A DNA stretch of 64,000 bases from contig CACZEK010000004.1 in the NCBI GenBank assembly GCA_902780135.1, positions 7,146 to 71,145 on the forward strand, read 5' to 3'. Every line of letters starts with the position of its first letter. The stretch's first letter is position 1. The notes beneath the pieces were generated by a model. It was given only the letters and a program-made list of their open reading frames with translations. It was not told where the DNA came from and did not search any database. The DNA comes from an uncultured bacterium (GTDB taxonomy: Bacteria > Verrucomicrobiota > Lentisphaeria > Victivallales > UBA1829). Below are positions 16,367 to 24,849 of this stretch, in pieces. The translations under genes were made by a program, and so were the position numbers.

Positions 16367-18499
16367 ATGAAATATTACCTCGGGATCGATATCGGGTCCA
16401 CGACATTCAAGGCCGTCGTCATCACCGACAAGGGGCGCGTGGTGCATACGACCTACCAGCGCACGAAGCCCGTCGAATCCGGACAGCTTTCCTGCTCGGG
16501 CCGCTGCAATTCCTGCGGCCGCTGCAACATGGGCGCGCTGAAAAAGACTTTGGCGACGTTCTTCTCCGAAGCCGGAATCGACGCCGGCGGGCTCGTCGGC
16601 GATGCCGCGCGGGACGCGTCCGGGAATATTTCCACGGGGGACATCGCCTGCACGGTCGTGACGGGCAGCCAGATCGTGGAGGACACGAAGCGCTTCATCC
16701 CGTACGATTTCCAGGTCAGCGAAGTCTCCGCGCATGTGGCCGGGGCGAAACGCTACTATCCGAATGTCGACGCGATCATCGACTGCGGCGGGCAGGACAG
16801 CAAGTGCATGGTGTTCAACCACAAAATGGGCATGTGGGTGTCCATGATGTCCGGCGTGTGCGCCGCGGGCACGGGCAGCTACCTCGACAGCGTCGCCGCC
16901 AAGCTCGGCATCCCGGTCGAGGAAATGGCGGACAAGGTGAACTACGACGCGAAGACCGAGTTCAGCTCCGTCTGCGCCGTGCTCTCCGCCACGTCCATCA
17001 ACAAGTTCAAAAACCGCATCCCGATGGGCGACCTGCTCGCCGGGGCATGCCGGGCGCAGGCGCGCACGATCCTGAACGGCGTCGGGCAGATGCTGATGCA
17101 CCACGACCCGTCGCACCCGATCCTGTTCCAGGGCGGCGTGGCGTCGAACCATGCCGTGGCGTACTTCATGAAGGAGATCACCGGGTGCGAGATCATCATC
17201 CCGGAATTCCACAACGTGATGGGCGCGCTCGGCGCGGCGGTCCTCGCGCTCGAATACAGCAAGCTGCGCGGCAAGCTCGACCCGGACCCCGTCCAGTACG
17301 AGCCCACGCGCCAGAAATCCGTCGCCATGCGCGTGGTCGGCAACAAACGCACCTTCCTCTTCGGGGAAAAGGACAAGCCGACCGTCTGGCGCAACCTCTT
17401 CTTCCCGACCGAGATCCTGAACGCGTTCGGCGCGCGGATCCTGACGCTGGAAACGTACGCCGCGCTCTTCGGACGCAGCACGAAGCGCGTGAAAGCCGCG
17501 CTCGACACCGCGGCGCGCAGGGGATTCGACCAGCAGACCTGCTCCTTCCTGCGCATGCTGGAGGGGCTGCCGCTGAAGACGCCGGATTTCGCCGTCTCCA
17601 CCAGCCAGCCGTGCCAGCAGGGCGAACGCATCTTCGCCGACCTCGCGCGCACCTACGGCTTCGAGGACCGTTTCTTCTCGCTCCAGACGCCGATCAGCAT
17701 CATGAACACCAACGCGGTCGGGCAGATCGCCGACGGCCTGCGCCAGTCCGTGGAGCGGATGGAGGAGGCGTTCGGCCGCAAGCTCGATCCGGCGCGCCTG
17801 GAGGAGGCGTGCGTGCTGTCCAATATCGCGACGGACTACTCGCGCAAATGCAACGAACTGCGCTGGACCTCGCCGCCGCTGATCCGCGGGTCGCAGGCGG
17901 TGTACAACGCGGTCATCTTCAGCCAGCTCTGGGGCACGCAGGAGCTCGTCGACATCCAGAAGACCTACTACGAGGAGCTGCTCCAGAAGAAGGAATGGGC
18001 GGAAAAACGCTATTCCATCGACGACACCCACCGCCTGCTCTGGCTCCATCTGCCGCCGTTCTACGACTCCAAGCACCTCGACTATATCGAGACCGTCTGC
18101 AACGCGCCGATCGTGTTCGAGGAGACCAATTTCGTCGGCTGGGGACCGCTCGACCCGAAGCACCCGTACGAATCGCTCGCCCGGAAGCTCCTCACGACCG
18201 GATTCCTGGACCCGAAACTCCGCGTGAAGTACGTGAAGGACATTTCGGCGAAGGCGAAGTTCACCGGCTGCATCCTGTACACGCACGGGTTCGGACGGTG
18301 CAGCCTCGCAGACCGTCCGTTCACGAAGCTTCTCCGCGAGGAGCTCGAGGAGGTCGGCCTGCCGATGCTGGCGCTCGAGGGCGACTGCATGGACGCCTCC
18401 ATCGACCCGTGCTCCACCACAACCAAGATCGCGTCGTTCGTCGAGTCCCTGAACCTGAAGAAATACGGCAATCTCTTCGGACGCATGAAGAACGCCTGA
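16367..18499 (+). CDS. Fusion protein: BadF/BadG/BcrA/BcrD-type (HgdC-like) activase ATPase + 2-hydroxyacyl-CoA dehydratase D-component-like domain
   Basis: N-terminus MKYYLGIDIGSTTFKAVV..IIDCGGQDSK..VCAAGTGSYLD..FQGGVASN (ASKHA-fold activase). The C-terminal ~400 aa resemble HgdB/YjiM-type subunits (FFPTEILNAFGA..). Extra motif CSGRCNSCGRC. The ORF could begin 3 codons earlier, at 16358. Confidence 0.8.
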   Translation: MKYYLGIDIGSTTFKAVVITDKGRVVHTTYQRTKPVESGQLSCSGRCNSCGRCNMGALKKTLATFFSEAGIDAGGLVGDAARDASGNISTGDIACTVVTGSQIVEDTKRFIPYDFQVSEVSAHVAGAKRYYPNVDAIIDCGGQDSKCMVFNHKMGMWVSMMSGVCAAGTGSYLDSVAAKLGIPVEEMADKVNYDAKTEFSSVCAVLSATSINKFKNRIPMGDLLAGACRAQARTILNGVGQMLMHHDPSHPILFQGGVASNHAVAYFMKEITGCEIIIPEFHNVMGALGAAVLALEYSKLRGKLDPDPVQYEPTRQKSVAMRVVGNKRTFLFGEKDKPTVWRNLFFPTEILNAFGARILTLETYAALFGRSTKRVKAALDTAARRGFDQQTCSFLRMLEGLPLKTPDFAVSTSQPCQQGERIFADLARTYGFEDRFFSLQTPISIMNTNAVGQIADGLRQSVERMEEAFGRKLDPARLEEACVLSNIATDYSRKCNELRWTSPPLIRGSQAVYNAVIFSQLWGTQELVDIQKTYYEELLQKKEWAEKRYSIDDTHRLLWLHLPPFYDSKHLDYIETVCNAPIVFEETNFVGWGPLDPKHPYESLARKLLTTGFLDPKLRVKYVKDISAKAKFTGCILYTHGFGRCSLADRPFTKLLREELEEVGLPMLALEGDCMDASIDPCSTTTKIASFVESLNLKKYGNLFGRMKNA

Positions 18500-18614
18500 C
18501 GCCTGAGCCGCCGGAGGTCTCTGCGGGGGATGCGGTCCCGTTCCGGCGTGCCGGGCGGGGCAGGGGGGCTCCGGCGCGTCGTACGCTTTTTTCGAAAAAA
18601 AAGCGCCGCGCGGT

Positions 18615-18642
18615 TTGTTATTTCCGGTTGCCGTTGTATATT
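18615..18642 (+). promoter_or_regulatory. Candidate promoter of manA-argS unit
   Basis: TTGTTA-N16-TATATT. Confidence 0.5.
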
Positions 18643-18683
18643 GTATAAGCAAAAAGTTAAAAACATGAACGGATTTTCTGCCG

Positions 18684-19685
18684 ATGACAACTCTTTCCAA
18701 AGATGAACTGTACCCGCTGCTGTTCGAGCCGATGTACCGCCGGACGTCGTGGGGCGGCGTCAAACTCGCGCGCGTCCTGAACCGCGAACTTCCCGCGGAG
18801 GAAGGCAGGTTCGGCGAGGCGTGGGACATCTGCGACCGCGAGGGCGCGGAGAGCGTGATCTCGAACGGTCCCCTGGCGGGAAAGACGCTGCACGAACTCT
18901 GCACGATGCTCGGGCCGTCCTACCTGATCGGGGACATGACGCGCGAAACGCGGTTCCCGCTGCTCGTGAAGATCATCGACACGGGCGAACGCATCCCGCT
19001 CCAGGTGAATCCGGACGAGAACGCCGCCCGTCAGATCGGCAACGGCGCGGAGCCGAAGACGAAGATGTGGTACGTGCTGGACGCCGAACCGGGGACGAAG
19101 ATCATGGTCGGCATCCGCGCGAACGCCACGCGGCACTGGTTCCTGGAACTGCTGTCCACGCCCGACGTGGAGAGCGTGCTCCAGTCCTTCGACGCCGTGG
19201 CGGGCGACGCGTACTTCGTGAACGCCGGGCGCGTACACTGCATCGACCCCGGAAACCTCGTGCTCGACATCCAGCAGAACAGCAACACCGACTACCTGCT
19301 GAACGACTGGGGACGCCCCGATCCCGACCAGGAGCTTCACGTCGAGGAAGGGCTCCGCTGCATCGACTTCGTGGACCGCACTCCGGCACGCATCACGGGC
19401 GTCAGCGACAAGGCGGCGCGCAACCGCAAATACGCGATCATCAACCGCTGCCCGCAGTTCCACTGCGACGAGCTCCGCCTCGTCGGAGACTGGCCGGACA
19501 CGACCCGCTCCACGCGCAGTTTCCATCTGCTGACCGCCATCAGCGGCCCGGTGGACGTGGAGGTGCGCGGCGCGGTGACGACCATCCCGCGCTGCATGAC
19601 CGCTCTGCTCCCCGCCGCGCTCGGGGACTATGTCATCCGCGTGAAGCCGTCCGCCCCGGTCACGCTGATCCGCACAACGCATTAA
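18684..19685 (+). CDS. manA: Mannose-6-phosphate isomerase, class I (cupin)
   Basis: LYPLLFEPMYRRTSWGG..GEAWDI..FPLLVKIIDTGERIPLQVNPD..KTKMWYVLDAEPG..AGRVHCI, typical short type I PMI. Confidence 0.85.
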   Translation: MTTLSKDELYPLLFEPMYRRTSWGGVKLARVLNRELPAEEGRFGEAWDICDREGAESVISNGPLAGKTLHELCTMLGPSYLIGDMTRETRFPLLVKIIDTGERIPLQVNPDENAARQIGNGAEPKTKMWYVLDAEPGTKIMVGIRANATRHWFLELLSTPDVESVLQSFDAVAGDAYFVNAGRVHCIDPGNLVLDIQQNSNTDYLLNDWGRPDPDQELHVEEGLRCIDFVDRTPARITGVSDKAARNRKYAIINRCPQFHCDELRLVGDWPDTTRSTRSFHLLTAISGPVDVEVRGAVTTIPRCMTALLPAALGDYVIRVKPSAPVTLIRTTH

Positions 19686-19715
19686 TCTTTCCCCATACCA
19701 ACCTCTTTCTGCTTC

Positions 19716-21509
19716 ATGAAAATCCAATGCCTCTCCCGTCTGGCGGATTCGTTCCGCGCCTCGCGTTCCCTTGATGCCTCGTTCGATATCCCGTGGGAGC
19801 CGTGCCCCGCCGGCATGAACGGCGACCTGACCGTGAACTGTTTCCGCCTCGCGAAGGCGCTGAAAAGCGCGCCGGACGCGCTGGCGGCTGAGACCGCCGG
19901 GCTCCTGATGAAGGACCCGGACGTGGTTTCCGCCGAAAAGATCAAGGCGTTCGTGAACATCACGCTCAAGCCCGCCGCGCTGTTCCGCGACTCCGCCGCG
20001 GACGTGAAGTCGCTCCTCGCCGACGTGCCGTTCCCGGAGGGCTCCCGCCGCAAGATCCTCATCGAGTTCTCCGCGCCGAACACGAACAAGCCGCAGCACC
20101 TCGGCCACGTCCGCAACAACTGCATCGGCATGTCGCTCGCCAGCGTGATGGCGCGCGCCGGACATACGGTCGTGCCCGTCAACCTCATCAACGACCGCGG
20201 CATCCATATCTGCAAATCCATGCTCGCCTACAAGCTGACCGGAAACGGCGTCACGCCGGACCAGGCGGGGATCAAGGGCGACCACTACGTCGGCAATTTC
20301 TACGTCAAGTTCAACCAGATGCTGTCCGACGAGGTCAAGGCGCTGAAAGCCGCGCGGCCCGAACTCGCCGACAAGTCCTCCGACGACCTCTTCCTCGAGA
20401 CCGAGCTCGGCAGGCAGGCGCAGGAGATGCTCCGCAAGTGGGAAGCCGGCGACCCCGAGGTCCGCGCCCTGTGGACCACCATGAACAAGTGGGTGATCGA
20501 CGGGTTCAACGAGACGTACCGCCGCATGGGCGTGCATTTCGACAAGACCTACCTCGAAAGCCAGACCTATCTGCTCGGCAAGGACGTCATCGCCGACGCC
20601 CTCGCGAAGGGCATCTTCGGCAAGCGCGCGGACGGCGCGGTCACGGTCGACCTGGGCAAGCTCGGCGAAAAGGTGCTCCTCCGCAAGGACGGCACCAGCG
20701 TCTACATCACGCAGGACATCGGCACCACGATCCTCAAGCACGAGGAGCACCGCCCGGACACCATGATCTGGGTCGTCGGCGACGAACAGAACCTGCATTT
20801 CCGCATGCTCTTCACGATCCTCGGCCGCCTCGGCTACCCCTGGGCGGACAGCCTGTTCCACCTCTCCTACGGCATGGTCAACCTGCCGTCCGGCCGCATG
20901 AAGAGCCGCGAGGGGACCGTGGTCGACGCGGACGACCTCTTCGACGAGATGCACAGCCTCGCGAAGTCCGCCGCGCTGGAACGCGTGAAGGAAGGCGAGG
21001 AGCCGCCCGCCGACCTGGAAACGCGCAGCGAGACCATCGGCATGGGCGCGCTGAAGTTCATGCTGCTGAAGTTCAACCCGAAGACCACGATCATGTTCGA
21101 CCCGCAGGCGTCGCTGAAATTCGAGGGCGACACCGGCCCCTACGTGCAGTACGTCTGCGCCCGCATCAACTCCATCGTGCGGAAGTGCCAGGACGCGGGC
21201 ATCGCGTTCGACCCCGCCTCGGTCGACTGGTCGCTGGCGGATTCGCCGGAGGAAAAGTCGCTCGCCGTGGCGTCCCTGCGCTACGCCGACGCCATCCGGT
21301 CCGCCGCCGACAAGATGGACTGCTCCATCCTCGTGAACTACCTGCTCGACCTCGCGAAACTCTTCAACCGCTTCTACCGCGAGAAACAGGTGCTGAACGC
21401 CGGCGACCCCGCGGTCCGCACGATGCGCCTCGCGCTCTGCTTCGCCGTGCGCGACATCCTCGCGGACGGGCTTGCCGCCCTGACGATCGGCATCCCCGAC
21501 GCCATGTAA
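19716..21509 (+). CDS. argS: Arginyl-tRNA synthetase
   Basis: 597 aa. FSAPNTNKPQHLGHVRN (HIGH region), class I fold, C-terminal DALR-type anticodon-binding domain. Confidence 0.95.
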   Translation: MKIQCLSRLADSFRASRSLDASFDIPWEPCPAGMNGDLTVNCFRLAKALKSAPDALAAETAGLLMKDPDVVSAEKIKAFVNITLKPAALFRDSAADVKSLLADVPFPEGSRRKILIEFSAPNTNKPQHLGHVRNNCIGMSLASVMARAGHTVVPVNLINDRGIHICKSMLAYKLTGNGVTPDQAGIKGDHYVGNFYVKFNQMLSDEVKALKAARPELADKSSDDLFLETELGRQAQEMLRKWEAGDPEVRALWTTMNKWVIDGFNETYRRMGVHFDKTYLESQTYLLGKDVIADALAKGIFGKRADGAVTVDLGKLGEKVLLRKDGTSVYITQDIGTTILKHEEHRPDTMIWVVGDEQNLHFRMLFTILGRLGYPWADSLFHLSYGMVNLPSGRMKSREGTVVDADDLFDEMHSLAKSAALERVKEGEEPPADLETRSETIGMGALKFMLLKFNPKTTIMFDPQASLKFEGDTGPYVQYVCARINSIVRKCQDAGIAFDPASVDWSLADSPEEKSLAVASLRYADAIRSAADKMDCSILVNYLLDLAKLFNRFYREKQVLNAGDPAVRTMRLALCFAVRDILADGLAALTIGIPDAM

Positions 21510-21545
21510 CGTTCCGGGGCGCGTCCCCCGTCCGAAAGGCCCGCC

Positions 21546-23135
21546 ATGCCGAATCTGCTGTCCGTCGTGATCCCGGTCTTCAACGAGGAGAGGACCGTTG
21601 TGTCCATGCTCGACCGGGTGGCGGCGGCGCAGACGCCCGGCATGCCGCTGGAGCTCGTGATCGTGAACGACGGTTCCACGGACGCGTCTCCCGAGCTCAT
21701 CCGCGCCTGGATCGAAGCGCATCCCGGCGTGCAGGCGGTCTGCATCGACAAGGAGAACGGCGGCAAAGGCTCCGCCGTGAAGCGCGCGATCCCGGTCACG
21801 ACGGGCGAGGCGGTCATCATCCAGGACGCCGACCTCGAATACGACCCGCGCGACTACGCCGCCTGCGCGGCGCCGATCTTCAACGGCGAATGCGAGGTGG
21901 TGTACGGTTCGCGCGAGGAGAGCAACCGCAACCGCATCTACTCGTCGCCGGGGTACTACCTCGGCGCGCTCAGCCTCACGTTCCTGATCAATCTGATGTT
22001 CAACGCGAACCTCACGGACGAGGCGACCTGCTACAAGACGTTCCGCGGCTGCCTGATCCGCGCGCTGGCGGAGGACCTGGAGGGGGACGGATTCGAATGG
22101 GAGCCGGAGATCACGGCGAAGCTCCTGCGCCTCGGCATCCACCCGTATGAAGTGCCGGTCTCCTATTATCCGCGCAAGCCCTCGGAAGGAAAGAAAATAC
22201 GCTTCCGCGACGGCGTCCTTTCCATCTGGACCGCCTACGAATGGCGGTTCCGCAGCGTGAAGCCGATGCAGAAGCGCGTCGCCTCGCTCTCCGACGTCGA
22301 CGCGGAACACGTCCGGCACGTGAAATACGCGCAGGGGGCGTTCCTGCTGGCGATGCTTTTTGCCGTGATCCCGTTCGGCGAGTTCGCGCCGTCGCGCCTC
22401 GGCTATGTGGTCGCGGCGGGGCTGGTCTACCTGACCGCCCGCCTGTACCTGCCGTGGAAAATGGCGTTGCTGTGGAGCGCGCTGACCACGGTCATGCTGG
22501 ATCTGTTCCTGCCCGCGTCGTGCGAAGGGCTGATCCGCTCCATCATGTCGGGCGGGACGGAGCCGGCGATCGGCGCGCTGAACATGACCGTTTACCGCGG
22601 CCTGAAGCTCGATTTGTTCTTCCCGTATGCCGATCCGGCGTCGCTCGCGCTTGCCGGGTTCTGCCTTCAGATGTTTTTCTACCTCAAGTTCATGGCGTGC
22701 GGATTCGTGCTGTTCTTCGTGACGTCGATCCTGTTCTGCTGGGCGACTGCGCTGCTCATGCCGCTGAACATCTGGTGGATGGTCCCCGCGCTCGCCGGGC
22801 TGCTGCTCCAGCGCGGCAACAAATTCCGCGTGATGGGCGCGGCCGCCGCCGCGGTCCTGCTGCTGTGCCTGGTCCCGGCCGCCGTCTGGCTGGACTGGTC
22901 GCCGTTCGTCCCCGCGGTCTGCACGAACTGGACGCGCCTGATGCTTTGGGCCGCCGCCCCGCTTGCGGCGTTTGCCGTCGCGCCCGTGCTCTCCCTGCTG
23001 AAACAGAAGCCGCGCGCTCTGCTGCCGTGGACGCTGTTCACCGGGTTCCTGCCGTACTTCGCCGTCTGCCCGCCGTTCCTGTTCCCGTTCCTCGCGGCGT
23101 TCCGGGCGAAGCCGTCCCGTTTCAAACGGATGTGA
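21546..23135 (+). CDS. GT2 glycosyltransferase fused to a polytopic membrane domain
   Basis: N-terminus LSVVIPVFNEE..VIVNDGSTD..GGKGSAVK..IIQDADLEYDP (GT-A, DxD). The C-terminal ~290 aa hold about 8 hydrophobic segments. Confidence 0.8.
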   Translation: MPNLLSVVIPVFNEERTVVSMLDRVAAAQTPGMPLELVIVNDGSTDASPELIRAWIEAHPGVQAVCIDKENGGKGSAVKRAIPVTTGEAVIIQDADLEYDPRDYAACAAPIFNGECEVVYGSREESNRNRIYSSPGYYLGALSLTFLINLMFNANLTDEATCYKTFRGCLIRALAEDLEGDGFEWEPEITAKLLRLGIHPYEVPVSYYPRKPSEGKKIRFRDGVLSIWTAYEWRFRSVKPMQKRVASLSDVDAEHVRHVKYAQGAFLLAMLFAVIPFGEFAPSRLGYVVAAGLVYLTARLYLPWKMALLWSALTTVMLDLFLPASCEGLIRSIMSGGTEPAIGALNMTVYRGLKLDLFFPYADPASLALAGFCLQMFFYLKFMACGFVLFFVTSILFCWATALLMPLNIWWMVPALAGLLLQRGNKFRVMGAAAAAVLLLCLVPAAVWLDWSPFVPAVCTNWTRLMLWAAAPLAAFAVAPVLSLLKQKPRALLPWTLFTGFLPYFAVCPPFLFPFLAAFRAKPSRFKRM

Positions 23136-23218
23136 GCGTATTCCCGTTTCGTCGGGGGCGGGGGGAGGGCAGCCCGGCGGTCCGGGGAAGAAATTTTCTT
23201 TAAATATAAGAAACGCGC

Positions 23219-23247
23219 TTGATAAGCGTGGGGAAGCGGGGTATATT
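23219..23247 (+). promoter_or_regulatory. Candidate promoter of lpxA unit
   Basis: TTGATA-N17-TATATT. Confidence 0.55.
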
Positions 23248-23306
23248 ATGGGAGCATCTTTTTTTACAGGCGCGCCTCGTTGCGCCGGAACCCGAAAGGA
23301 CTTGTC

Positions 23307-24149
23307 ATGATTCACCCTACCGCGATCGTCTCCCCCGACGCCCAGATCGGCAAAAACGTCGAAATCGGGCCGTATGCCGTCATTGAAGACAACGTGAAGA
23401 TCGGCGACAACTGCTATATCGACGCCCACGTGAAGATCTGCCGCTATACCACGATCGGATCGGACTGCTGCATCTATATGAACGCCCTGGTCGGCGCGGA
23501 GCCGCAGGACCACCGTTTCTACCGCGGGCTCGTCTCCTACTGCGAGATCGGGCACCACACGGTCATCCGCGAGTTCGTCACGATCCACCGTCCGCCGTTC
23601 GAACAGCTGAAGACGGTCGTCGGCAACCACGTGCTGCTGATGGCGTTCGTGCATGTGGCGCACGACGTGGTGATCGGCGACCATGCGACGATCGCGAACC
23701 ACACGCAGCTCTCCGGCCACGTGCAGGTCGGCGACGGCGCGGTCATGAGCGGGTTCGTCCTGGTCCACCAGTTCTGCCGCATCGGCGCGCTGGCGATGGT
23801 CGCCCCGACCTCCCTGATCGGACAGGACATCCCCCCGTTCTGCATGCTCCGCGAGACGAACTTCATCTGCGGGCCGAACACGATCGGTCTGCGCCGCGCG
23901 AACATCAGCTCGGACGCCCGCCTGGCGATCCGCCGCGCGATCAAGACGTTCTTCTTCGAGGGGCTGAACAGCCCGCACGCGCTGGAGCAGATCGAGAAGA
24001 CCATCCCGAGCTGCCCGGAGGTCGAGCTGTTCGTGAACTTCATCAAGCAGTCGAACCGCGGCATCATGCCCGGCAATCCGAAGTATACCGGCGTCAACGA
24101 CGACGTGCGCGACGCCCTCGAATCCGGCGCGACGGCCCCCCGCGGCTGA
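23307..24149 (+). CDS. lpxA: Acyl-ACP--UDP-N-acetylglucosamine O-acyltransferase
   Basis: MIHPTAIVSPDAQIGKNVEIGPYAVI hexapeptide repeats, HVAHD, VHQFCRIG, and a C-terminal helical domain, as in LpxA. Confidence 0.9.
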   Translation: MIHPTAIVSPDAQIGKNVEIGPYAVIEDNVKIGDNCYIDAHVKICRYTTIGSDCCIYMNALVGAEPQDHRFYRGLVSYCEIGHHTVIREFVTIHRPPFEQLKTVVGNHVLLMAFVHVAHDVVIGDHATIANHTQLSGHVQVGDGAVMSGFVLVHQFCRIGALAMVAPTSLIGQDIPPFCMLRETNFICGPNTIGLRRANISSDARLAIRRAIKTFFFEGLNSPHALEQIEKTIPSCPEVELFVNFIKQSNRGIMPGNPKYTGVNDDVRDALESGATAPRG

Positions 24150-24225
24150 TCCCTGCCGGAACCATGCAGACGGTTTCCCGGCCGTGCGGAAACGGCGGGC
24201 GGGAACCGGAGAAAGCGACCGGAAA

Positions 24226-24813
24226 ATGAAGAAAACGACGAGAATCCTCTCCGCCCTGGCTGCGCTTCTGATCCTCGGCGCGTGCTCCGCCGAGCCCGGC
24301 GTGCAGCGCGAGTTCGACGAGACGAGGTATTTCCAGCAGGTCACGGCGAAAATGTCCCTGGAGCACGGCTACCTGCGCCTCGACTACACGCTCGGCGTGC
24401 CGAACCAGTCCATGACCTTCCTGCTCAAAAACCAGGACGTTTCGGTCGTCTCCGTCGACGAATGGTACATGAACGAGACGGACAACATCCGCCTGTACTA
24501 CGCATTCTGCGAGCCGGGCAAGTCCGGCGAACTCAAGGACGAGGACTGGAAGCTCGCCTGGCCCGACGAGATGCCCGGCGAGGACGCCCCGCGGAAATCC
24601 CATCCGCGCCGCTCCTCGCTCGTCCTCCAGCCGAACAACAGCGCGGTGCTCGACGTGCCGCTGACGTTCCTGGAGCACGTCGAACCTCCCAGGCGCAAGG
24701 CGCGCTACACCGTCGCGCTCTATGCCCAAATCGCCCTGAACACGCTCCAGACGAAATCCGAAGTGTTCGAGATCCCGGTCTTCCCGAAGACAAAAGACGT
24801 CGAGATCGAATGA
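24226..24813 (+). CDS. Hypothetical lipoprotein
   Basis: MKKTTRILSALAALLILGAC, a lipobox. No recognisable domain. Confidence 0.7.
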   Translation: MKKTTRILSALAALLILGACSAEPGVQREFDETRYFQQVTAKMSLEHGYLRLDYTLGVPNQSMTFLLKNQDVSVVSVDEWYMNETDNIRLYYAFCEPGKSGELKDEDWKLAWPDEMPGEDAPRKSHPRRSSLVLQPNNSAVLDVPLTFLEHVEPPRRKARYTVALYAQIALNTLQTKSEVFEIPVFPKTKDVEIE

Positions 24814-24849
24814 CAATGCCGCCCCGCGCGGCGAACGAAAGACGCGAAT

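Noticed and set aside
18657-24344. 1895-aa minus-strand ORF spanning manA, argS, the GT2 gene and lpxA. Similar giants lie at 24094..29136, 33084..36857, 37633..41586, 48856..52812, 29372..32278, 12259..14415 and 16319..18904.
   Set aside because: These ORFs lie in the codon-aligned antisense frame of well-supported plus-strand genes. Antisense stops there need sense TTA, CTA or TCA codons, which are rare at high GC3. The four plus-strand genes from 18684 to 24149 all start at coordinates congruent to 0 mod 3, so the artefact runs through all of them. The translations are R/A/G/D/V/H-rich low-complexity sequence with no motifs.
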